DNA from: Holophagales bacterium | GTDB taxonomy: Bacteria > Acidobacteriota > Thermoanaerobaculia > UBA5066 | Direction of reading: 5' to 3' | Assembly: GCA_016714815.1 (NCBI GenBank) | Contig: JADKBZ010000003.1 | Span: 544,038 to 608,037, forward strand | DNA: 64,000 nucleotides | Part shown: positions 51,104 through 60,495 of the stretch, piece by piece | Numbering within the stretch: the stretch's first letter is position 1 | Layout of the letters: every line of letters begins with the position of its first letter | Position numbers and translations under genes: made by a program | The notes under the pieces: generated by a model | What the model was told of the DNA's origin: nothing | Database searches by the model: none | The model's input: the letters and a program-made list of their open reading frames with translations, nothing else

Positions 51104-52322
51104 CGGCGTCCCCTTTCGCGGCGGTGGGTGGGCCGGCCGCGGCCTTCTTCGCGACGTCGGGAGACAGGGCGAGGACCGCCCTCTCCAGCTTCGCGAGCGC
51201 TTCGGCCGCCTTCGCGACCTCCGGGGCGCCGCGGACACCGACGACGAACGTCCCGGCGGCTTTCGCACGCGAGAAGGCTCCCAGGTAGCGGTCCTTGATC
51301 CACGGCTCCCCCGCCACGACGGCCTTCTCGCCGTAGCTCAGGAACCCCTTCTCGAACTGCGCGGAGAGCGCCTTCGCCTTCCCTTCGTCTCCCGCGGGGA
51401 GGACGAAGAGCTCCGTCTCGCCGTCGTCGAGCGTCGCGGAGGAGACGTTCCTCGCAAAGCCGAACGAGAAGGCGCTCTCGGCGGTGTACTGGAGGCGGTC
51501 GGGCGGGAGGCCGAGGGCGTCGCCGAAGAGGGCGACCGTCCAGGGCTTCTCGCCGGCGGCGATCCCCCCTTCGAACGTCTTCCGAAGATGCTCCAGCTGC
51601 GCGACGACGGCGGGCGACTCGTCGGAGCCGATCGCTCGGACGTAGCTCGCTCCGCGCGCGACGAAGAGGGCATTGCGCGCGACGTACCAAGACGTGCCGC
51701 CGCCGCTCTTCGGTTTCGCCTCCGGGGTCTTCTCGGCGGAGAAGGCGCCGAGGGCGTTCTCGGGAGAGCCGAGGTCGTAGAGCTCGACGTCGACCACGGC
51801 GCCGGCCGGCCCGGAGAGGGTGACGAACGTGAGCGAACGGAACCCCCGCGCGAGGAAGAAGTCGGCGCGCCCGTTGATCTTCACGTAGAGGTTCTCGGCG
51901 TCGAAGCGGGCGAGCGGCCCCTCGCTCCACCCCTTTCCGGCGAGCGCGGCGGGAAGGACCCCGCGGTCGGGCGCGACGGGGAGGTTGCCGCGATCGGGCG
52001 CGACCGGCGGGACGGACGGGACGGCGTCGGGAGCCGATCGGGCTGGAGCCGCGGAGAGAGCGACCGGGGCCTCGGCCGGAGCGGTCGGAGTGGCCGGATC
52101 GGCGACGAGCGACGGGTCGGGGTGCGCCCCGCGCCAGGCGACCCACGCGGCGACGAGGGCGAGGAGGACGACGACCGCGGCCCCCGCCTTCGCCTCAGTC
52201 ACGGAGTACGTCTTGCGGAAGACCCGGAACGGGCGCGGGTTGAGGACGCGACGCTCGCTCGCGTCGAGGCCGGGGGGTGCGCTGCGAGCCGGGGCCGCTC
52301 CCATGGGCGGGCAGCGTAGCAC
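51096..52322 (-). CDS. Hypothetical membrane-anchored, probably periplasmic, protein (first gene of the redox cluster)
   Basis: Single N-terminal TM ([18 protein letters not shown]), Pro/Ala-rich linker, about 280-aa globular domain with no recognisable motif. Start (52322 or 52304) uncertain. Confidence 0.5.
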   Translation of the reverse strand: MLRCPPMGAAPARSAPPGLDASERRVLNPRPFRVFRKTYSVTEAKAGAAVVVLLALVAAWVAWRGAHPDPSLVADPATPTAPAEAPVALSAAPARSAPDAVPSVPPVAPDRGNLPVAPDRGVLPAALAGKGWSEGPLARFDAENLYVKINGRADFFLARGFRSLTFVTLSGPAGAVVDVELYDLGSPENALGAFSAEKTPEAKPKSGGGTSWYVARNALFVARGASYVRAIGSDESPAVVAQLEHLRKTFEGGIAAGEKPWTVALFGDALGLPPDRLQYTAESAFSFGFARNVSSATLDDGETELFVLPAGDEGKAKALSAQFEKGFLSYGEKAVVAGEPWIKDRYLGAFSRAKAAGTFVVGVRGAPEVAKAAEALAKLERAVLALSPDVAKKAAAGPPTAAKGDADE

Positions 52323-52380
52323 CGCCCGCCGTCGCCGATTCCGGCCCCCCGGCGGACCCGGTCCGGTCCGGCAGGCTCCC

Positions 52381-52410
52381 GGAAAGACGAAGGGCCCCCG
52401 TGGGGGCCCC
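52381..52410 (-). terminator. Terminator hairpin downstream of the giant beta-helix gene
   Basis: gggccccc-gt-gggggccc palindrome; on the minus strand it is followed by ttcgtctttcc. Confidence 0.5.
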
Positions 52411-52457
52411 TCGTGAACTCGGGTGCCGGACCCGCCGGGTCCGCGGGGCCCGGGGCC

Positions 52458-55400
52458 CTAGTCGATCGAGAACTCCATGAGCTCGACGGGGGTCGTCCCC
52501 GGTTCGGCGAGCGTCCAGTCGGAGAAGGAGGAGACGCCGGTGATGTTCGCCAGGTTCGACGCGGGCGTCACGGTCCCGCCGGGCGTCGCGTAGGCCGCGC
52601 CGTTGAACTTGTAGATGAGGAAATTGCCTTCCGTCGCCGTCACCGGGACGTCGCCGTCGAGATAGTGGAAGGTGAGGTCGGCGGTGAAGCCCGTTCCCGC
52701 GAGCGTCCAGTACCTCTGGAGAGTGAGGCTCGAGGGGAAGGCGAAGGGCTGCGGCCCCTGAACGGCCGTCACGGTCAGGTCGGCCGGAAAGGTGCCGGCG
52801 GTCGCGCTCGCATCGACGGGCGAGTAGCCGTTCGCGGTCCCGACCGGGAAGGTCGCCGCGCCGGCGCCGCAGAAGCTCTTCTTCACGTTCCCGGTGACGT
52901 AGTTCGTCGCCCCGGCACCGGTCACCGTCGCGTTGCAGCCGAGGGAGAGGGTGCTGGCCCCGGTGCCGAGGATCCCGGTCAGGGTGAGCTCGCTCGTGAC
53001 GGTCACGCCGCCGCCGAGGGTGTTGCCCGTCGTCCCGAGGGCGTTGTAGTAGGTCCCAGCCGGAATCGTCCCGGCGACCGCCTGGACGACCTCGTCCGCA
53101 CCGATGTCGGGGCTTCCCGCCGGGCGCGGATCTCCGTCGAGGTCGGCCACGACGCCGGCGAGCGGAGTCCCCTGGCCGAGAAGCGTGCTGGTCCCCAGCA
53201 GGTGGAGGTCCGTCGCCGACCGGAAGAGGGGGTCCACCGACATCGAGGCGGCGTCCTTCGCCGTCACCCCCTGCCATTGGGCGAGCGTTGCCAGGTCCGT
53301 GCCTCCCGCCGGAGCGATGCTGACGGCCCGACCGACCGCGAAAGATATGCCGGTCGTCACGAAGAGATCGTTGAAGTCGGAGGTGAGGTTCGCGAAGGTG
53401 GAGGAGCCGAGGCCGATGGCGTAGCTGAGGCCGCTCCCGGTCGTCTGGGTGTTCGAGAGGACGTTGCCCCTCACGTCGAGCGCCGGATCGGCTCCGTTGA
53501 CGGCGAGGGCGTACTGCCCCTGGTTCCCTCCCGTCGCCGTGCCGGACATCGATACCGAGTTGTCCCAGACCCGCGTCAGCGAGTCCGTCCCGTTCTCGAC
53601 GACGAAGATGCCGGCGCCGAAGTCCGGACTGGTCCCGTTGGAGAGGACGCCCGAGATGAAGTTGTTCGCGATGAGGTTCGTCCCGGTCGTGGCCGGGGTC
53701 AGGAGGATGCCGGCGGCCGAGTAAGTGGTCGTTTGCTGGACGGTGCCGATGACGTTGCCGGTCACGGTCGCGTTGCTGACCTCGGCTCCGCCGGCAACGA
53801 CGGCGTTGGACCAGCCGGCGAGGCCGCCGAGCGAGATGCCGAACACGTCATTCGACGCCGCCGACACGATCCCGCCGATGGTGTTGCCCGTCACCTGGAT
53901 CCCGTCCTCGTAAGCGACGAGGATCGCCCCCCTCCCGATGGCGGCCGTGCCGGTGTTGTTCAGGACGTTCTGCGTGTACACGTTGCCGGAGTTCTTGTTC
54001 GCGGCGCTCGCTCCCTGCGAGACGACGCCGTACTGGACGCTCCGCACGTCGCAGTTCTGCACGCGGTTTCCGTCGTTGTCGGTGCCGAGGCTGACGACGG
54101 CCGCCCCGCCGAAGACGATGCCGAAGAGCGTCGCGGCGCTCCCGCTCCCGATCACGACGAGGTTCTCGAGCGAGTCGTTCTGGGCCCCGCCGGCGCCGGA
54201 GCTGACGAGGAACACGGCGCTCGCCGTGCTCGTGTCGGCGTTCGTGAAGGTCAGGCTCCGGTCGGTCCCGCCCGACGCCGAGCCGTCGATCGTCACGCGG
54301 TCGGCCCCGTTCAGGCGGATCAGCGCCCGGGGCGAGGCCGTCGTGCTGTCACCTGCGACGCTGAAGGCGCCGCCCGAGGGACGGATCGTCAGCGTGTACC
54401 CGTTCCCGCCCTCCTCGACGAGCTGGTTCAGCGCGACGGCCCCCGTCTCGCCGCTCAGGCTGGAGGTGACGTTCACCGTGACGTCGCCCGTCAGGACGCC
54501 CGCGTTGAGCGCGGCGAAGAGGCCGCCCGGGTTCGTCAGGGAGGTGATCGATTCCGCCGACCCGACGTTCACCGACGAGGCGAAGGGAGCCACGATGGTG
54601 TAGGTGGCGAGCGTCGACGGCGGGGTCGTGATGGAGTTCACGCTGGATCCCGTCACGCCGACCGGGCTCGAGCCGAGGTTCGGCGCCGGCGCCAGGTCCT
54701 GAGCGACGACGAAGGTGTCGACGACGTCGCCCGTGCTCACCCCCCCGAGGAGCGAGTTGTCGACCGTACACGTCCAGGTGCCGTTCACCCCCGTGCCGCC
54801 CGCGAGGGCGCACTGGGTGGAGAAGTAGCTCCCGGCGTTCTTCCGGAAGTAGACGCGCGGCTGCGTCGCACCCGCGGTCGGGACGCCCGTGGCGTCGGAG
54901 ATCGTCGCGGTGAAGGTCCGGTTCACCGTGAGAGTCGTGTTCGCAAGAGGCGTGAAGGTGACGAGCGGGGCGAGGATGTCGAGCGGCACCCCGTCGAACT
55001 CGTCCGCGCCGATGTCGGGGAAGACCGCCCCCCCGTTGACCGAACCCGCCGGACCCGGGCGGGTCTGGAGGTCGTAGTCGGTCGTGATTCCGGCGATCAC
55101 CGCACCGCCGGACTCGATGACCGTCGGCGCGACGCCCATGTTCAGGTGCAGGTCGCTTGCGGCGTTCACGTAGGTGACGCCGATCCCGGAAAAGCTGCTC
55201 GCGTCGCTCGCGGACGCGGCCTGCCAGCCTCCGAAGGTCAGGGCCCCCCCCCACCAGCCGACCGACCCGGCGGCCGCGTTCAGCACGTTGTTGTTCGACG
55301 CGCCGGCTCCCCAGCCGGTGGCGGTCACCGTCGTGGCGCCGTAGTCGTTGGCGATCGCGAGGTGAGCGCCCGTCCCTCCGGAGCGCATGTTCGTGACGAC

Positions 55401-57449
55401 GTTGTTGCGGAAGTCGATCGTCTGCGTTCGCGCCGTCGTGGACGAAAAGTCCGACCGGACGAAGCCGAAGCTCGGCTGGGCCCCCGCGGCCACCGTCCCC
55501 TCGATGTTGATGGTGTTGTAATAGATCCTACTGATGGGGTCGGGCGTCGAGCCGTTGTTCGCCTGGATCCCGATGAAGATCGTGTTCGTCGCCTGCCCGG
55601 TGCCGAGCGAGATCATGTTGTTGACGACGGTGACGTCCGTCGTGCCGGACCGGATGATGATCCCGCCCACCGTCCCCGGGAGGGTCGTGCTCGTCGCCGT
55701 GCTGGCGTTGCTGAGGTCCCAGATCCGGTTCCTCGAGACCGTCGTGCTCGTCGCGTTCGCGAGGCCGATCCCGACGGTGAAGGCCCCCACCGTCCCCGTG
55801 TTCGTGCGGGAGATCGCCGAGATCGTGTTGCCGGAGACGACCGGGTTGAGGCCGGTGCCGACGGCGATCCCGACCGCCCCGGCCGCCCCGTTGGAGATCG
55901 TGGCGCTCGCGCTGTCGGTCGTGAGGTTCGTGATCGTGTTCCCGATGATGGCGAGCGCCGCCGTGCTCCCGGAAGCGCCGGGCGTCCAGATCCCCCTCAC
56001 GTAGCCCGACGTCCCGGTTCCGTAGGACGCGAGGTTCCGGATCGTGTTGCCTGTGACCGCGGTCGTCGTCGACGTCGAGGCCAGGTTGATTCCGGAAACG
56101 ACCGAGCTCCCCGTCGTCAGACCGCTCGTCCCGCCCCGCATGTTGAGTGCGGTCGCGTTTCCGATGGTGTTCCCCGAGATCGTCAGCGAGGTCGCGATTC
56201 CGGAGACGTTGATGCCAGAGACGCCCCCGGCGACGGCGGCGGTCACCCCGGACGACTGAAGCGCGCCGATCAGGTTGTTCTGGAGGACGACGATCCCCGT
56301 CGAGGAGGTGTGGATCCCGACCACGGCTCCCTGCGTCGTCGTCGGGGTCGCGGCGAGGCTCCCCGTCCCCGTCGTGGCGCCGATCGTGTTCGGCGTGACG
56401 GTGCCGACGTTCACGTCACCCGACGTTATGCTGATGCCGCAGAGGACGCCGTACGTCGTCGCGGCGCCGCTCGACGTGCCGAGCGTGATCGCGGCGACGG
56501 TGTTTCCCTGGACGGACGTCGGGGTCGCGTTTCCGACGCCGAGCTCGATCCCGATGAACCGGGTGGCGATCGTCCCCGTCATCGCGGTAACGCCCGTGCC
56601 GGCGGAGTCGGCCCCGCCGACGACGTTCGAGCTGACCGTGTGGCCGCTCCCCGAGAGGATCTGGATGCCGCGGTGGGTGTTGGCCGTCGTGTAGGTCCGC
56701 GTCCCCGTCTGGTAGATCCGGTTCGCGCTGACCGTCCAGCCCGTGTTGTTCGCCCCGACGAGGATGCCGACGGAGACCGTCGACGCGCTGAACGAGTCGG
56801 AGACGTTGGAGCCCTGGATCGCGTTCCCGGAATTCTCGGCGCCGGCGCTCCCGATCGAGAGGATCCCGTTCGTGGCGAGGTTCGCCCCCGCCGGCCCGAC
56901 GTTGCATAGAGAGACGGTGTTGCCGTCGTTGCCCGTCGTCGTGCCGGTGGAGAAGAGGATCGTCCCCGACGTGACGCTCGTCGACGACCCGAGCAGCGTC
57001 GCGTTCGTGACGGTGTTGCCCGTCGCGTCGTTGACGAAGCGGATCGTCGAGGCGCCCGTGGCGGCGCTCGTGTTCGAGATTGTCAGCCCGTTGCCGCCCG
57101 TGCCGAGACCGTCGATCGTCACGGCGTCCGCGCCGTTTAGGTCGACGAGCGGCCCGGCCACGGCGCCGGAGACCGTCCGGAGGGCGCCGCCCGATGGAGC
57201 CACGAGAATCGTCGTGTAGAGCGCGCCGCCGGAGCCGCTCGCGTTCAGGGCGGCCGAGGCGGCTTCCGTCGTGTCGCCGGTCAGGCTGACCGTGATTGCC
57301 CCCTGGTGGGTCCCCAGGTTGACCGCGTCGAACGCGTCTTTCACGGTCGCGTACGTGGACGGCCCCGTCGTCCCGGCGGTCGCCGTCACCGACACCTGGG
57401 CGGCCGCGCCCGCGCCGACGAGCAACGAGGCGAGCAGCAGGGACGTCAT
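52458..57449 (-). CDS. Giant secreted right-handed parallel beta-helix repeat protein (1663 aa, adhesin/polysaccharide-lyase-like) ending in the PVELMEFSID tag
   Basis: Signal peptide MTSLLLASLLVGAGAAAQ; many NxxIxGN-type beta-helix repeats; Thr/Gly/Ser-rich; extreme C-terminus GTTPVELMEFSID. The tracked ORF start is over-extended; the ATG is at 57449. Confidence 0.8.
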   Translation of the reverse strand: MTSLLLASLLVGAGAAAQVSVTATAGTTGPSTYATVKDAFDAVNLGTHQGAITVSLTGDTTEAASAALNASGSGGALYTTILVAPSGGALRTVSGAVAGPLVDLNGADAVTIDGLGTGGNGLTISNTSAATGASTIRFVNDATGNTVTNATLLGSSTSVTSGTILFSTGTTTGNDGNTVSLCNVGPAGANLATNGILSIGSAGAENSGNAIQGSNVSDSFSASTVSVGILVGANNTGWTVSANRIYQTGTRTYTTANTHRGIQILSGSGHTVSSNVVGGADSAGTGVTAMTGTIATRFIGIELGVGNATPTSVQGNTVAAITLGTSSGAATTYGVLCGISITSGDVNVGTVTPNTIGATTGTGSLAATPTTTQGAVVGIHTSSTGIVVLQNNLIGALQSSGVTAAVAGGVSGINVSGIATSLTISGNTIGNATALNMRGGTSGLTTGSSVVSGINLASTSTTTAVTGNTIRNLASYGTGTSGYVRGIWTPGASGSTAALAIIGNTITNLTTDSASATISNGAAGAVGIAVGTGLNPVVSGNTISAISRTNTGTVGAFTVGIGLANATSTTVSRNRIWDLSNASTATSTTLPGTVGGIIIRSGTTDVTVVNNMISLGTGQATNTIFIGIQANNGSTPDPISRIYYNTINIEGTVAAGAQPSFGFVRSDFSSTTARTQTIDFRNNVVTNMRSGGTGAHLAIANDYGATTVTATGWGAGASNNNVLNAAAGSVGWWGGALTFGGWQAASASDASSFSGIGVTYVNAASDLHLNMGVAPTVIESGGAVIAGITTDYDLQTRPGPAGSVNGGAVFPDIGADEFDGVPLDILAPLVTFTPLANTTLTVNRTFTATISDATGVPTAGATQPRVYFRKNAGSYFSTQCALAGGTGVNGTWTCTVDNSLLGGVSTGDVVDTFVVAQDLAPAPNLGSSPVGVTGSSVNSITTPPSTLATYTIVAPFASSVNVGSAESITSLTNPGGLFAALNAGVLTGDVTVNVTSSLSGETGAVALNQLVEEGGNGYTLTIRPSGGAFSVAGDSTTASPRALIRLNGADRVTIDGSASGGTDRSLTFTNADTSTASAVFLVSSGAGGAQNDSLENLVVIGSGSAATLFGIVFGGAAVVSLGTDNDGNRVQNCDVRSVQYGVVSQGASAANKNSGNVYTQNVLNNTGTAAIGRGAILVAYEDGIQVTGNTIGGIVSAASNDVFGISLGGLAGWSNAVVAGGAEVSNATVTGNVIGTVQQTTTYSAAGILLTPATTGTNLIANNFISGVLSNGTSPDFGAGIFVVENGTDSLTRVWDNSVSMSGTATGGNQGQYALAVNGADPALDVRGNVLSNTQTTGSGLSYAIGLGSSTFANLTSDFNDLFVTTGISFAVGRAVSIAPAGGTDLATLAQWQGVTAKDAASMSVDPLFRSATDLHLLGTSTLLGQGTPLAGVVADLDGDPRPAGSPDIGADEVVQAVAGTIPAGTYYNALGTTGNTLGGGVTVTSELTLTGILGTGASTLSLGCNATVTGAGATNYVTGNVKKSFCGAGAATFPVGTANGYSPVDASATAGTFPADLTVTAVQGPQPFAFPSSLTLQRYWTLAGTGFTADLTFHYLDGDVPVTATEGNFLIYKFNGAAYATPGGTVTPASNLANITGVSSFSDWTLAEPGTTPVELMEFSID

Positions 57450-57715
57450 CGTCGCGAGACGCACGCTCTTCGAGTTCAGGGATTCCCCGGCTGTTTGTCG
57501 CACTCTTCCTCCGCGGTCACTCGGCCCCTCCAATCCCACGTTCAACGGGAAGAGCCAGTCGGCAGCGAAAGACGAAGGGGACTACCGAGCTGGTCTGGCC
57601 GTGGGAAGGAAAGCCCGGGTGACGAACGACGCACGCTATCGCGCAGGGGAAGACCCGTCAAACCGCCGGATCTCGACGACTGCCCGTCCGAAAGGCCGCC
57701 GCCGCCGATAATCGA

Positions 57716-58498
57716 ATGTCCCATCGCTCCTCGTTGCGGGGTCCGACCGTGAACCTGATTCTTCTCTTTCCCGACGATTTCGCCTCCGACGGCACCGTCC
57801 GGCTCACCGGCCGCCGGGCCCGCCACGTCCACGAGGTCCACCGTGCCCGCGTCGGGGAGAGCCTCACCGTCGGCCGCGTCAACGGCCTCGTGGGAAAGGG
57901 GACGGTGCTCGCCATCGCGCCGGACGAGGTGCGCCTCTCGGTCCTCCTGTCGGACCATCCGCCGCCGCCGACCGGCCTCGACCTGCTGCTGGCGATGCCC
58001 CGGCCCAAGGTGCTGCGCAGGGTCCTCCAGTCCGCCGCGTCGCTGGGGGCTCGCCGCATCGTCCTCGTCGCCGCCCAGCGGGTCGAGAAGAGCTACTTCG
58101 ACACACCGTTTCTCGAGCCGGCCGAAATCGAAAGGAACCTCGTCCTCGGGCTGGAGCAGGCGCGCGACACCGTCCTCCCCGAAGTGGTGGTCCGCAGGCG
58201 CTTCCGCCCCTTCGTCGAGGACGAGGTCGAGGGCCTCTGGCCACGGGCGACCTCCACCCGGCTGGTGGCCCACCCCGCCGCCGCGCGAGGGCCCCAGTGT
58301 TTCGACCTCGGTACGGCCGGCTCCCCGGCCGTTTTGGCAATAGGACCGGAGGGGGGCTGGATTCCGTTCGAGCTCGAGCTTCTCGAAGCCCACGGCTTCC
58401 GTCCGTTCGACCTGGGGCGCAGGATCCTCCGCGTGGAGACCGCGGTCCCCTTCGCCTTCGGTCAGGTCCAACTCCTGCGATCGCGGGACGGCGGGTAG
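57716..58498 (+). CDS. rsmE: 16S rRNA (uracil1498-N3)-methyltransferase RsmE
   Basis: RsmE pattern (N-terminal PUA-like domain, C-terminal SPOUT domain with GPEGGW and ILRVETA). The true start is probably the GTG near 57749 (VNLILLFPDD). Confidence 0.75.
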   Translation: MSHRSSLRGPTVNLILLFPDDFASDGTVRLTGRRARHVHEVHRARVGESLTVGRVNGLVGKGTVLAIAPDEVRLSVLLSDHPPPPTGLDLLLAMPRPKVLRRVLQSAASLGARRIVLVAAQRVEKSYFDTPFLEPAEIERNLVLGLEQARDTVLPEVVVRRRFRPFVEDEVEGLWPRATSTRLVAHPAAARGPQCFDLGTAGSPAVLAIGPEGGWIPFELELLEAHGFRPFDLGRRILRVETAVPFAFGQVQLLRSRDGG

Positions 58499-58737
58499 CC
58501 AGACCCTGGAGCCGACGATCTGGCAGTAATCTGTCGTCCTCACCTGTCCTGCCCTTGAAATCCGAGGTCTCCCGACCCATTGTTTGAATAATTCGGATTG
58601 TCTCAGGGGCGAGGGAGTACGCAGGAACAGGCTTTACCGAACGCCGTAAGGGTGTGCCGCAGGTTGGCGGTGACGGTCGGATTCTGGACGCGTCGCATCC
58701 GCGCCCGGGAACCAGCACAGATCCAATAGGAGATTCC

Positions 58738-60411
58738 GTGACAATTCTCCCGAACAGGTGTTTACTGAACGTTTCGGCCTGTCTTCTCCTGATCGCGTCT
58801 CTCGACGTCGCCGCACAGGGTCTGGTCCCTCTGAGGAACTGGGCCGTTCCGCAGGCAAGCGGCGTGGCCCGCCCCTCCGCGATCGGCACTCTCGGCGACG
58901 CCTCCGGACCGGGCATTTTCATCCCCTTCACGCCGTGCCGGATGGTCGACACGCGCGGCGGCGGAGTCTGGACGGGAAGCTACGGTCCGCCGGCTCTCGC
59001 CGGGTCGAGCGCGCGGAGCTTCCCGATGACGAGCGCGAGCGGCCCGTGCCCAGGGATCCCGACCGGCGCGGCGGCGATCTCGCTGAACATCACGGTCGTC
59101 AACACCGCCGGCCCCGGCTTCATCATGATCTACCCGCAGGGGGGAGCGGTCCCGACGGTCTCGACGCTCAACTACAACGCCGGGCAGGTCCTCGGAAACG
59201 CGGCGATCGTCCCGATGAGCGCGACGGGCGGAATCACGGTCGTGGCCGGAGTGTCGGGGACCGACCTGATCCTCGACGTCAACGGCTACTTCATCAGCGG
59301 CCCGACGAGGCTCAACGACTGGGAGATGTTCAGCCTGGTCGGGTCCTACCCTGGAGTGCTGTTCAGCGTAGAGAACGACTACGTCGGACTCGATGGGATC
59401 GGTCGCGCTGGGCTATTCACCTCCCGCACGGACGTGGGCGATTCGGCGGCCCTGATGGGGCATGCCTTCGCGGACGCAGGCGTCACCCGGGGAGTCACAG
59501 GGCGAAACAGGAGCATCACCGACAACGCCTGCGGGGTGAGTGGCGAAGCCGTGGGCTCGGGGATGGTCTTCGGCGTGATAGGGAGGACCTCCAGCTCAGC
59601 CTCCTCCGCGGCTGGCGTTCTCGGGATTGCGGGCAATCCGGTCTACCCGAACAACGCCATCGCCTCCACCGTGGGAGTCCTCGGGACCAACACGACTGGC
59701 TCCGGGGTCCTCGGGAAATCCTCGACGGGCCGGCCGGTCCAGGGGTCCCGCGTCGACGCCACGACGGGCCTCGCGATCACCACGGGGATCCTCGGGTACA
59801 CGGCATCCATCGGCGTCTATGCCTTCGGAGACATGGCTGCCAGCGGCACCAAGTCCTTCATCGAGCCCCACCCGACCGACGCGTCGCGCCAGATCGCCTT
59901 CGTCGCCCTGGAAGGGCCCGAGGCCGGTACCTACTTCCGCGGCCGCGGACGGTTCGTCGGGAAGAGCGCGGTGATCCCGGTCCCCGAGGAGTTCCGGCTC
60001 GTGACCGAGGAGGAGGGGCTGACCGTCCAGATCACGCCCATCGGGGCCGTCGCGAGCGTCGGCGTGATGAGCGTCGACCTCCAGCAGATCGTCGTCGGGT
60101 CGACCCGCGACGTCGAGTTCAGCTACATCGTCCACGGCGTCCGGAAGAACTACGGCCAGTACGAGCCGATCCAGAAGAACACCGTCTTCGTGCCGGCGGG
60201 GCCCGACGCGAAGATGGACCCCTTCCCGGCACACATCCAGAGACGCCTCGTCGACCTCGGGATCTACAAGGCCGACGGGAGCGTCAACCTCGAGACGGCC
60301 GAGACGATGGGCTGGGCGCAGACGTGGCGGGAGGAGGCCGCGGCGGAACAGGCCGCCGCGGCGAAGGCGGCCGCGGAACGGGCCGTACTCCAGGACGGGC
60401 TTCGGCGTTAG
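58738..60411 (+). CDS. Secreted Gly/Thr-rich repeat protein, paralog 1 (N-terminal CRxxDTR...LDVNGYF module, Gly-rich middle, conserved C-terminal domain with Ala-rich helix)
   Basis: GTG at 58738 after aggag; signal peptide; N-terminal module PCRMVDTRGGG...CPGIP...NITVVNTAGPGF...LILDVNGYFI; C-terminal TGTKSFIEPHPTDASRQIAFVALEGPEAGTYFRG...WAQTWREEAAAEQAAAAKAA. Confidence 0.8.
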   Translation: MTILPNRCLLNVSACLLLIASLDVAAQGLVPLRNWAVPQASGVARPSAIGTLGDASGPGIFIPFTPCRMVDTRGGGVWTGSYGPPALAGSSARSFPMTSASGPCPGIPTGAAAISLNITVVNTAGPGFIMIYPQGGAVPTVSTLNYNAGQVLGNAAIVPMSATGGITVVAGVSGTDLILDVNGYFISGPTRLNDWEMFSLVGSYPGVLFSVENDYVGLDGIGRAGLFTSRTDVGDSAALMGHAFADAGVTRGVTGRNRSITDNACGVSGEAVGSGMVFGVIGRTSSSASSAAGVLGIAGNPVYPNNAIASTVGVLGTNTTGSGVLGKSSTGRPVQGSRVDATTGLAITTGILGYTASIGVYAFGDMAASGTKSFIEPHPTDASRQIAFVALEGPEAGTYFRGRGRFVGKSAVIPVPEEFRLVTEEEGLTVQITPIGAVASVGVMSVDLQQIVVGSTRDVEFSYIVHGVRKNYGQYEPIQKNTVFVPAGPDAKMDPFPAHIQRRLVDLGIYKADGSVNLETAETMGWAQTWREEAAAEQAAAAKAAAERAVLQDGLRR

Positions 60412-60495
60412 CAGGACCAGGCAGGCCAAACCGCCAGCGACCTCGCGACCGCTCCGGTCGCGGGGCCCGCCGGCTTCGCACATCGCGGAGGTTTC

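Noticed and set aside
52413-56909. 1498-aa ORF on the plus strand
   Set aside because: Antisense to the giant beta-helix gene; Arg/Gly/Asp-rich low-complexity translation; no start context.
58499-58737. Sigma54-type promoter (TGGCAG-N5-TGTC) upstream of paralog 1
   Set aside because: The spacing and the -12 element do not fit the GG-N10-GC consensus well enough to call it.
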